From a virus (lineage: Duplodnaviria > Caudoviricetes): DNA of 28,796 nucleotides. The position numbers and the translations under genes were made by a program. Location: positions 1 through 28,796 of the IMG/VR virus record IMGVR_UViG_3300006802_000389. The stretch is one strand, 5' to 3'. Shown here piece after piece: positions 16,935 to 24,966 of this stretch (position 1 is the stretch's first letter; each line of letters opens with the position of its first letter). The notes beneath the pieces were generated by a model. The model had not been told where the DNA came from and did no database searches. It saw nothing but the letters and a program-made list of their open reading frames with translations.

Positions 16935-17107
16935 TAGACCTCGTACAGCAGACATTCAGGAGCTGACGGCTGCTCCTCGCAGAAATCAAGAAACTTGCGG
17001 CGCATTGCGGAATCTTCGCAAACAAGCGATTCCCGATGCGTGACGCGTTGCACGTCCGTAGCCGTGTCTGTATCAGGCAAGCGCTGATTGTCGCCTTGTT
17101 GAGCCAT
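16934..17107 (-). CDS. cp12: CP12-like protein (C-terminal domain only)
   Basis: C-terminus FLDFCEEQPSAPECLLYEV matches the CP12 C-x8-C-xx-Y motif; start 17107 follows TAGCAT(-) at 17131-17136; alternative start 17179. Confidence 0.7.
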   Translation of the reverse strand: MAQQGDNQRLPDTDTATDVQRVTHRESLVCEDSAMRRKFLDFCEEQPSAPECLLYEV

Positions 17108-17269
17108 ATAATGCCCGCGACGATGCAGCAATGCTAGACGAATCGCGACCAGGCGCCGCCACACGCTGATCAGACGCATGGCGGATCACTTTCCAGCCCA
17201 GGGAAACGGCAAAAATCCGGGCTCCTGGTGTGCAGCTGCCCCTGACGCCGTTCTTCTTCGGGGCAATCT

Positions 17270-17866
17270 CTAGTTTACCGCCTGTGCAAATCTTGACAGC
17301 AATCGTCGCCGTTGCAGGTAGTGCAGGTGCGGTGCCGCGCTCTCCTTGAACCGACCGGAATCCATCGGGCCCAGGCGCACACGGCAGGGGGTGCCGTGGT
17401 TCCACCACAGCTTGGGCGAGAAGCCGCGATCCCGCAGCCACCCGTCATACAGGGACCACTCCTCGCCGGTGACTGCCCCGCCACTGAAGGCGATCCGGTG
17501 ACGGCTCCACTTGCCGACATCGCTCCACAACACCGCCAGAACCTGATCGCCCAGCAGGTCCAGCAGTTCAGGAGTCAGTTGGCGCTCGTCTCGCGGACAG
17601 AGCAGTTCATAGGCCCGGTACAGCCCCTCGCCATGAATGCGCAGGCGGTGTATGTCATAGAAGCCGTCGGAGGGCACCCGATCCCGGACCCACTCCAGAG
17701 GGCCATCGTGTAACTCCTGCAGGCAGCGCAATTGCCAGCTCAGTTCGCCGCGCTCGGTTTCCGGTCGACGGATCTCAAGCCAGGGGCGCTTCCGCGCTCC
17801 CTTGAGGCGAAGCGAGCCCTTCACCAAACTGAAGCTCAGTGCGCGCACTACGAATGGTGCTGACAT
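17270..17866 (-). CDS. Degenerate LAGLIDADG-fold protein
   Basis: Motif1-like ALSFSLVKGSL, LYRAYELL.P....LTPELLDLLGDQVLAVLWSDVG; parallels the neighbouring ORF and the intron 2 ORF. Confidence 0.6.
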   Translation of the reverse strand: MSAPFVVRALSFSLVKGSLRLKGARKRPWLEIRRPETERGELSWQLRCLQELHDGPLEWVRDRVPSDGFYDIHRLRIHGEGLYRAYELLCPRDERQLTPELLDLLGDQVLAVLWSDVGKWSRHRIAFSGGAVTGEEWSLYDGWLRDRGFSPKLWWNHGTPCRVRLGPMDSGRFKESAAPHLHYLQRRRLLSRFAQAVN

Positions 17867-18467
17867 CCCAGGATTCTTCGGTGAACAGATAACGGCGACT
17901 GAGGGGGGCGTAATCCAGCAGGGCGATGCGGATTTTGCGGGCCTCAGCATGCGAAAAGCGCAGGCGGGGGCGGACCCGCTCTGCGAACACTTCGGAGTGG
18001 GCGCCGGTCAGCGTGGCCAGCCACTGCTGCACCAAGGTCGCTTCGTGTTCATCACCGCCGACCCGCGTGAGCTCGACGGAGCCATCGCGGCAAACCCGGG
18101 CGCCCTCCGCCCAAAGCCACGCCGCTGCTCGCGCGCCCAGCATCTCCAGCGCCGTCGAAGTGATGCGCCGCTCACCGCCCGGGTAGAGCAGGTTGTAAAT
18201 CAGCCGCAGCTTGGTGGTCGAGACTCGAAAGCGCAGCACCAGGGTCGAGCGACCATTGGCGCGCGGAGTGGTCTTATAGGGAACAATTTGCGCCTCGGTC
18301 GGCAGAAACTGGCGAAATTCAGCGACCTTCTCCTCGAGAAACGCTGACTCCTTGGCGCCTGCTGTCAGGGTCAGTTGCACATACCCCCCGCTGGGACTGC
18401 GATATCGGACAAGACTGCCATCAGCCAGCAGTAAACCCAGCAGGCCGCGGACATCTGCGGCGTCCAA
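17775..18467 (-). CDS. Free-standing LAGLIDADG endonuclease-like protein
   Basis: LLGLLLADGSL, YNLLYPGGERRIT...LGARAAAWLWAEG; AGGGAG before the TTG start. Confidence 0.8.
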   Translation of the reverse strand: MDAADVRGLLGLLLADGSLVRYRSPSGGYVQLTLTAGAKESAFLEEKVAEFRQFLPTEAQIVPYKTTPRANGRSTLVLRFRVSTTKLRLIYNLLYPGGERRITSTALEMLGARAAAWLWAEGARVCRDGSVELTRVGGDEHEATLVQQWLATLTGAHSEVFAERVRPRLRFSHAEARKIRIALLDYAPLSRRYLFTEESWDVSTIRSARTELQFGEGLASPQGSAEAPLA

Positions 18468-18490
18468 AATTGCTCCCTATAAACTAACCC

Positions 18491-18497
18491 TATAGTA
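18491..18497. promoter_or_regulatory. Overlapping divergent -10 elements (TATAGT +, TACTAT -)
   Basis: Sits in the 90 nt gap between the LAGLIDADG start (-) and the capsid start (+). Confidence 0.5.
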
Positions 18498-18557
18498 AGC
18501 CCATGGAGGCGTTTCGCGCGCCTTCTCGCACCTCGACAATTTGGAGCGTTTCATCCC

Positions 18558-21500
18558 ATGTGGATTGATAACGGCTTATTGCCGGTAAGTCTCTCCGCGA
18601 AGGATCCGATAGACAGCTTTATGGTCGCACTTGAACCGAGCCGCGATCGCTCTGTATGAGAGACCGCTTTCTCGCAATCGACGCATGTCCTGGACCTGCT
18701 CACTGTTGAAGCGCTGCAAAGATGGCTTGGGCCGGCCTTTGCTGGCGTAACCATTGCGCGCGTACGCGCCTGCAGCCCACGCTCGGCGCAGATTTTCCTG
18801 TTTGGTCACAACCTCTAGGTTCTTAAGACGGTTATTCCGCTTATTGCCATCAATATGGTCGACCTGCAAGCTATCTGAGCTGCAGCCCGTTTCATCAAGA
18901 GTTAGCCCCAGGAATGTGATGGCCATAAGGACGTGAACATGCATGCGGCGCTTAGAGCAGTCGCAGGGCAGTGACACCCTGCAGTAAGTGCTGGATTGGC
19001 TGACCTTTAATTCTGTGACCCCAGCGTCTCCCTGGAGATAGACCCTGGCCGACTCGTCGATCAGGACTCCGGGAAAACCTGGCACTGGAACTGGTTTCAT
19101 GTTATCGGTCCACTAGCCGAAGATTACCGCATAAGCAATAGAGTTGTCACCTGGTCGGGTAACCGGCCAGTGAGAACCGGGTGAATTCAGGGAAGCCCTA
19201 ACGTCAAGGCGAGGGTAATCCTGAGCGAAGCCAGTCGAGCGCGACTGGAACGTGCAGAGACTACGTGGTGCAGCACGAACTTGCTGCGTAATACACGATT
19301 AGCGCCCGGCACCCAGGAATCTGGGTGAAGAGATAGTCCGATCCCATAAGAAATTGTGGAGTGATTGAACGATTTTCCGAAGCTGCTAGGTGCCGAGCTG
19401 TATCGACCCCATCCCTCGTACATCGTTGAGATGGCGGTCGAGCCCGTGGTTGTTCACGATTTCTCTAAGCAACCCGGACAGACAGTTCAGCTTGACCGTT
19501 AGCTAGCGATGGCGGTCATTAAACCCCGTGAATTGCTGGGACCCCGCCGCGGCGCCCGCCAGGGCGTACACTGGGCAATCAGCAGCCAAGCCGCTCCGAA
19601 ATGAGCGGAAGGTTCAACGACTACCGCTGTGACTGATCTCCCCCTCTTTACGCTTGCGTCCGTAGCCGGCGACGGGTGTCTGGGCATCCCTAAGGAGCGT
19701 CCAAACTCCGTCTACCTGAGTTTTACTCATTCGGCCAGGCAGCGTGAATATCTGGTTTACAAGGTTAACCGGATTAACGAGGAGCTGGGGACTAATGGAT
19801 CTGTTGGCCCCGCCAGGCCAGTGTTTGACAAGCGCACAAAAACAAGCGCAATGACATGCCAGGCGATGGTGGTCAATCCAGCGCTCAAGGGCCTCTACTC
19901 TCTTTTTTTATAGAAACGGAGAGAAAAGGTTCTCGAAGGAGGTCTTAGACCTCCTAGGGCTAGAGGCTCTAGCCTTGTTCTGGATGGATGACGGAAACGT
20001 AGGGAAGACCACTTCTGCTGTTAACAAAGGGATCCTGAATCTATACCGCCCTTTGGAGGAAGCCCTCCTTGTGCGGGACTGGATTTATTCGTTGACCAAT
20101 GTTGAAGCAAGACCCTACGAGGACAGGGGTTCATTTCGACTGAGAATACCGAGCTCATTGATGCCCGGGTTTCTAGCGAGAATACGACCCTATGTCCACT
20201 ACTCCATGGAATACAAAGTCACCCTAATGTTCTCGCATTACAACACGAAGAGTAAGCGGGAATACGAGGCGAGCCTGAACATCCCACTTGTGGATGAAGG
20301 CGATAAGGCGGCACGAGAGCGGGGCATTCCGGCCTAATAGGCCGGAATGATGAGATAGTCTGACCTTACGGAATGGCAAACCGTAAGAACCTGGAGATAA
20401 AGAGCTCCAGGGGTAACAACTGTATCGCTTCTGGGGTGCCCCTGGCACCAAAGATAGCCGTGAGCGGACTGCTGATCAGACCCTCGGCACTGCATCTTCG
20501 CGCAGTATTGTTAAGGACAAGGTCCTTGTTTCCCTTAAGGAATATACCGGACCCGCCGATCCTTCCGATACTGCAGCTCCGAGCACCTTCAAGGTTGCTC
20601 GCGAGACTCTGCTTACCGCCCAGCGACTTCTGCTGGACTCCGGTAATTTGAATGTCTTCCATCAATCGATTGGAAGTCTAACTCTGCTGGACGATTATCG
20701 TCGGTGGCGCGATCGCGTTTTCTCTGACGAACTGTTCAAGGCAGAGGCTAATGGCGCCGCTGACAGCACCAAGGGTGGTTACTATTACCCCCTGAAAAAG
20801 TCGAAGGCTGGCTCTGCCCCCTTCCTGACTTACGCTGCCGGCGAATCCGCCAAGTTTGATGTCAAGACCGACCTCCTTGAGGTGGTCAAAGACATGCGGA
20901 AGCGAAATGTTCCGACATTCGCTGACGGTTACTACCGTTGCATTGCGGATCCCACCGCAATGATGCACCTGCGCCAGAACGATGCGTTCCGTGAGATCGC
21001 TCGTTACGCCGGCAACGGCATGGTTAACCCCATGCAGCCGGAACTGGCACCCAATGCCAACTTCTTCCGTGGCATGGGTCCTGCTTACGGTCAGGCCGGC
21101 TTTGTTGCTGGTCAGCCCGTGATGCCTAAGCAAAATTGGGCCTGCGCGGCGCGAGTCGCGTAGCAAACAGGGTGAATTGCTGGAACCCCTCCATCGCACG
21201 GGGAATCAGCAGCCAAGCCGGGCCACAGCCCGGAAGGTTCAACGACTAGGTCCCGAGAGGAAACTCAGTAATGGACCCACGAGTGCCCTGCTACTCGCAC
21301 ATTGACAACCAAAGAGTTGTAACGAGTAGGTGAGATAGTCTGACCTCACGGGATGGTAAACCGTGAGAGCTAGGGGATAAAGAGCCCCTAGGATAACATG
21401 AGTGAGTGGCTTCCTCTTTGAAGGCGTGCGGTGGTTCGAAAGCACCAACCTCGCTGAGAAGAGCCTGCAGGTGACCATCACCGACGCGTCGATCACCTCG

Positions 21501-21698
21501 ACCGTCACCACTGCTGCTCCGATGCTGTTCTTCGGTCCTCAGGCCGTGGGCGTGGGCATCGGCGGCAACAACGCCCAGATCTTGCTGAACAACAACGACG
21601 ATTTTAGTCGTTTCATCATCATGATCTGGTCGCTCTTCGCCGGTTTCGAGATCCTGAACAAGGACTTCGTGACCGTCGCGTACTCCTTCGTTTACTGA
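18558..21698 (+). CDS. Major capsid protein, spliced: join(18558..18569,19368..19499,20423..21127,21405..21698), 380 aa
   Basis: Exons join in frame: MWID|NDFPKLLGAELYRPHP...GQTVQLDR|YRFWG...GQPVMP|SGFLFEGVRWFEST...FFGPQAVGVG; GGAG at 18543-18546. Confidence 0.88.
18576..19100 (-). CDS. HNH homing endonuclease with C-terminal HTH, antisense within intron 1
   Basis: VHVLMAITF...VDHIDGNKRNNRLKNLEVVTKQEN; GLSYRAIAARFKCDHKAVYRI. Confidence 0.9.
   Translation of the reverse strand: MKPVPVPGFPGVLIDESARVYLQGDAGVTELKVSQSSTYCRVSLPCDCSKRRMHVHVLMAITFLGLTLDETGCSSDSLQVDHIDGNKRNNRLKNLEVVTKQENLRRAWAAGAYARNGYASKGRPKPSLQRFNSEQVQDMRRLRESGLSYRAIAARFKCDHKAVYRILRGETYRQ
19121..19150 (-). promoter_or_regulatory. 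Putative sigma70-type promoter for the antisense HNH gene
   Basis: Minus strand GTGACA-18 nt-TAATCT, 20 nt upstream of ATG 19100. Confidence 0.5.
19500..20422 (+). ncRNA. Group I intron 2 (923 nt)
   Basis: P1 GACCGU/GCGGUC with U.G; P10 GCGAUG/UAUCGC; GTGAATTGCTGG, AATCAGCAGCCAAG, GTTCAACGACTA, GAGATAGTCTGA; terminal G. Confidence 0.92.
19629..20337 (+). pseudogene. Intron-encoded LAGLIDADG endonuclease with +1 frameshift at T7 (19903-19909)
   Basis: LASVAGDGCL...FTHS..QREYL.YK in one frame and YRNGEKRF...LALFWMDDG in the next; removing one T gives a 235 aa ORF. Confidence 0.8.
21128..21404 (+). ncRNA. Group I intron 3 (277 nt, no ORF)
   Basis: P1 GCCU/GGGC with U.G; same core motifs as intron 2; P3 CAGGGTG/TGCCCTG; terminal G. 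Confidence 0.92.
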
Positions 21699-21714
21699 TA
21701 GGAGGTAACGAATC

Positions 21715-22353
21715 ATGGCGAAGAAGATCTACCCCGGCAACTACATCGATCGCCCTAGTTCTTACCAGAACCAGTGCGTGGTGTGCCTGCCCGGCCGGGT
21801 GTACTACCACATCACTGGCTATGCCCTGGTGGATTCCACTGGCGGTACCGCCTTTGACGTGATCATCCCGTCGCCCGACCTACGTGGCGACGACAAGCCC
21901 CGCGCCAACATCACCGGCCTGGTGCTGCCCTCTGGTGCGAACGTGTACATGCTCGGCATTCGCGTGCCGGACATGCGCAAGGATCGCAGCATTGGCACCG
22001 CTACCACGGGCCTGGTTGGAACCAATACCAACCGCCTGAAGCTGGCTGATGCCCTGGCCAACGATGACGTCTTGACCACGACGACCCTCTCCACGACCTC
22101 TTCGGCTGTGGCGGTGGCAAGTGGCACGATCGCCCCCGTGGCGAACGTCAAGAGCGTTGTCACCCCGGTGACCCTGGCTGGTAGCGAGACCCTGCGGGTT
22201 TACGTGACCAACAGCACCGGTACTGCGGCAGGTTCCACCCTGAGCTCGACTCAGACCGGTGGCACCCCGATCCTGGTGGAAGTGGCCTACTACGTCGACG
22301 ACGTGGTGGCCGAACTGCAGGATCTGCCGCTGCCTTACAACAAGGAGAACTGA
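21715..22353 (+). CDS. Probable capsid decoration / minor structural protein
   Basis: AGGAGG RBS, Thr-rich beta protein directly after the capsid gene and before the terminator. Confidence 0.7.
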   Translation: MAKKIYPGNYIDRPSSYQNQCVVCLPGRVYYHITGYALVDSTGGTAFDVIIPSPDLRGDDKPRANITGLVLPSGANVYMLGIRVPDMRKDRSIGTATTGLVGTNTNRLKLADALANDDVLTTTTLSTTSSAVAVASGTIAPVANVKSVVTPVTLAGSETLRVYVTNSTGTAAGSTLSSTQTGGTPILVEVAYYVDDVVAELQDLPLPYNKEN

Positions 22354-22392
22354 TCGCCCTTGCGGTGATCGACAGGGTTCTCCCTACAATAA

Positions 22393-22422
22393 GGGCGTCT
22401 GCTTGGTCAGGCGCCCTTTTTT
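22393..22422 (+). terminator. Rho-independent terminator
   Basis: GGGCGTCTG-cttggt-CAGGCGCCC followed by T6. Confidence 0.85.
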
Positions 22423-22430
22423 ATTGCGTT

Positions 22431-22862
22431 ATGGCGCTGTATCAGAACACGAGGAACGGCCAGATCGTCGAGTTCATTGCTCACCACGACAAGGACTGGG
22501 CAATGATCAAGAATTCCGCTGGCGCGATCCAGTACATCGCACTGGCCGACTTGGTGTCCTATGAGCCCGGCAAAGGTCGCACTGGCGAGACGCCTCAGCC
22601 GCAGTCGGCCGAGAGTCCGGTGGACGAGGACGCCATTCCAGAAGCCGCGATTCCGGTGGACACCCGCCTGAACATCAATACGGCCTCAGCAGAGGCAATT
22701 GCCAAGGCCGTTAAAGGAATCGGCTACAGCACTGCCAAGAAGATTGTTGAGCTGCGCTTGAGCCTCTCGGGCGAGCGCTTCAGCAATCTGGATCAGCTCA
22801 AGCGAATCGGCCGCGTCGATTGGGACGAGGTGATCGCAGCTGATCTGATCTACGTCGGCTGA
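22431..22862 (+). CDS. Helix-hairpin-helix (ComEA-like) DNA-binding domain protein
   Basis: RLNINTASAEAIAKAVKGIGYSTAKKIVELR...FSNLDQLKRI. Confidence 0.85.
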   Translation: MALYQNTRNGQIVEFIAHHDKDWAMIKNSAGAIQYIALADLVSYEPGKGRTGETPQPQSAESPVDEDAIPEAAIPVDTRLNINTASAEAIAKAVKGIGYSTAKKIVELRLSLSGERFSNLDQLKRIGRVDWDEVIAADLIYVG

Positions 22863-22898
22863 GCTTCTTAGAATCGGCAGTAGATCGCGATCCGATAG

Positions 22899-23384
22899 TT
22901 GGAGCTATCCGACTACGACAAGAGCCGGTGCCGCTGGCATCTCGGCATGAATGTCGGGGCTAACCTGCCTGCGGGTGACATCGCTCGTCTGGAGGAAGCC
23001 ATGGCGCGGATTCCGGACAGCTATTTCTACACCCGGGTAATTGAGCACCTGGATCGCTGTGACAAGGCCTACAAGATCTCACAGATCTTCCGGGTCGAGG
23101 ACCAGCCGCAACCGAGTCGCATCGAGCGGATCACCGGCGACACGGATCGCGCGATCTATCAGTCGGACCCGCTGAAGGCGGCGAAGGACTACCGGGAGGT
23201 CTACCTGCGGGAGGTGGATCTACTAGCTGAGACCCTCTATGTGGCGAACTACCGCCGCGAAGAGGTGCGCCGCTACGCGTTCGAACGCGGCGGCGTGGAA
23301 TTCATCATGGCCGTCCCGGGGCCAGCCGACACCGCCGTGGGAACCCGAGTCCTGCAGGCAACAGGTTCCATGAATTGGAGGTAA
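22899..23384 (+). CDS. Putative head-tail adaptor / hypothetical protein
   Basis: 161 aa helical ORF, TTG start after TAGAAT at 22869; product inferred from position. Confidence 0.6.
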   Translation: MELSDYDKSRCRWHLGMNVGANLPAGDIARLEEAMARIPDSYFYTRVIEHLDRCDKAYKISQIFRVEDQPQPSRIERITGDTDRAIYQSDPLKAAKDYREVYLREVDLLAETLYVANYRREEVRRYAFERGGVEFIMAVPGPADTAVGTRVLQATGSMNWR

Positions 23385-23387
23385 GCA

Positions 23388-24443
23388 GTGGCGCCACTTT
23401 CCCCAGGCTGGTCAGCAGAAGTCAAGAAACGGCAGCAGGCCGGTGGGTACCCGTCCGTCGACTGGCTTGGAGCCCTAGGCCTGAGGCCGACGCCGGAATT
23501 TGCGCGTCAGAACCCGTGGTACCCGGTATCACCTGCTACCGCTCGGCCTGGTCCAGGCCTGGCAAGCGACCCCCGAATCCATAACGCCCCGACCACCGAA
23601 GCCGACCTGGCCGCGTTGCGAGAAGGACAGAATGCCGCCATCCGCGCCTATGGGCCTGGGCAAGGCGCTCCTGATCCGCATGTGGTGCCACCTGAGCGCG
23701 CACGCCGGGAGGCGGTGACAGCCATGGCGCAGCAGTACGCGCCGCAGAGCTACTGGGAGAGCGAGACCGGCAAGGCCATGGCCGCCGCCGCTCAATCCGC
23801 TGGAGAGGCTGCACTGGCGGCGCGCAAAAGCGGACCCTTGGCCGATGTCGCCGATACGTCAAATCCAGCATCACAGGCTTACTGGGATCGAGCCGACATT
23901 CAGGCCTGGGCCGGTGCCAACAAGGGCCTGGCCGCATCCCTTCGCAGGAAGCATGGCTTGCCTGAGGACTTCACGGCACGGATCCCAACGGTGCAGCCGG
24001 CAGGCGAGTTCGCATACACGCCCGAGCAGCGCGCCGCTGCAGAGGCCGGTTACGCCGGCGTGACGGTGGACCCTTCCGCGGCCGCGGGCATGGGAGCCGT
24101 GAATTCGAGCGCATTTAGTAAGTCTGATGTATTCAACGCACCGCAGTACTCGGTGAGCGATCAGGCTCTTGCGGCGCCTGCTGCACCGGGAACGGCTGCA
24201 GCGCAAATGAACTTCTCGGAGCCATATCTCAATCCAAATGAAATCCGCGATGTGAACCTTTCTGGTAACGACGCGCTGCAGCGTGCCGCTAGTGGGCAGG
24301 CCGCCAAGACCGGTAGCACGCTATTGGCGACCAGCGAGGCGCAGCGCCAAGTGGCCGAGAGCGGCTATGGCGGCGTGAAGGATCCACTGCTGACCAGGTA
24401 TCTCGGCATGGCCCGAGTGCAGAACACCAGCTTCCCGCGCTGA
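23388..24443 (+). CDS. Hypothetical Ala/Pro-rich protein
   Basis: GGAGG before GTG; 351 aa. Confidence 0.75.
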   Translation: MAPLSPGWSAEVKKRQQAGGYPSVDWLGALGLRPTPEFARQNPWYPVSPATARPGPGLASDPRIHNAPTTEADLAALREGQNAAIRAYGPGQGAPDPHVVPPERARREAVTAMAQQYAPQSYWESETGKAMAAAAQSAGEAALAARKSGPLADVADTSNPASQAYWDRADIQAWAGANKGLAASLRRKHGLPEDFTARIPTVQPAGEFAYTPEQRAAAEAGYAGVTVDPSAAAGMGAVNSSAFSKSDVFNAPQYSVSDQALAAPAAPGTAAAQMNFSEPYLNPNEIRDVNLSGNDALQRAASGQAAKTGSTLLATSEAQRQVAESGYGGVKDPLLTRYLGMARVQNTSFPR

Positions 24444-24454
24444 GGAGACCGCTC

Positions 24455-24913
24455 ATGAATCTGCCACCCCGGACCAAGCTGCAGCCCGACGGCTGGGCGA
24501 TGAACCCCCAGAAGAGCCAGCTTGTAGGGGCGTTCCGCGCGCCGACACAGCGGATGCCGAACAACCCAAACAACTTGGACCAGCCGATTCCGTCGCCGCA
24601 TCCGTATGACGCGGCCTCGCAGGGTCTGGTTGCGATGGTGAATCCGTATGGCGACGGGAGCCTGCAGGTGATGCCACAAGGAGCCCTGTTGACCCGCCCA
24701 GCAGACCCGGCAGCTCTGATGGCTGGGATGCCCCCCGCGCCAAACGCCACGGAATACGCGACGCCCGGGTACGGCTTCTTGCCGGAGCAAAGTGCGTTGG
24801 CTCGAATTGACGGCGCGCAGCAGCAGACGCCGGTGATGCCGCAGCAGCCCATGGGCATGAGCACGGGTGTCGCCATAGGCGGCCCCCAACGCAATGTCCC
24901 TAAGCCGGCCTGA
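24455..24913 (+). CDS. Hypothetical Pro/Met/Gln-rich protein
   Basis: GAGGAG RBS; 152 aa. Confidence 0.75.
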   Translation: MNLPPRTKLQPDGWAMNPQKSQLVGAFRAPTQRMPNNPNNLDQPIPSPHPYDAASQGLVAMVNPYGDGSLQVMPQGALLTRPADPAALMAGMPPAPNATEYATPGYGFLPEQSALARIDGAQQQTPVMPQQPMGMSTGVAIGGPQRNVPKPA

Positions 24914-24966
24914 TGGCAGTGACTAGACTGAGTGCCATGGCACGCGTGACGCGTTAAGGGGGTCTT

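Larger units (their letters stand above)
18570..19367 (+). ncRNA. Group I intron 1 (798 nt)
   Basis: Exon ends in U and intron ends in G; IGS GTTGTCA 19143-19149 pairs UGAU|AAC with U.G; P3 CCGGGTG/CGCCCGG; P7 GACTA/TAGTC; AAGAGATAGTCC. Confidence 0.88.

Noticed and set aside
17867-17950. Longer start for the second LAGLIDADG-like ORF
   Set aside because: Deepens the overlap without need; ATG 17866 puts motif 1 at the same N-terminal position as in its neighbour
18563-18592. Local P1 using GUAAGUC for intron 1
   Set aside because: Has a G.A mismatch, gives no P10 and lies within the HNH ORF; GTTGTCA next to P2 explains both P1 and P10, though the local helix is not excluded
18570-21404. Group II introns or a diversity-generating retroelement
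   Set aside because: No GUGYG start, AY end, reverse transcriptase or TR/VR pair; cores are group I
20648-21698. ORFs 20648-21163 and 21402-21698 as independent genes
   Set aside because: They are capsid exons 3 and 4; the tail KQNWACAARVA is read-through into intron 3
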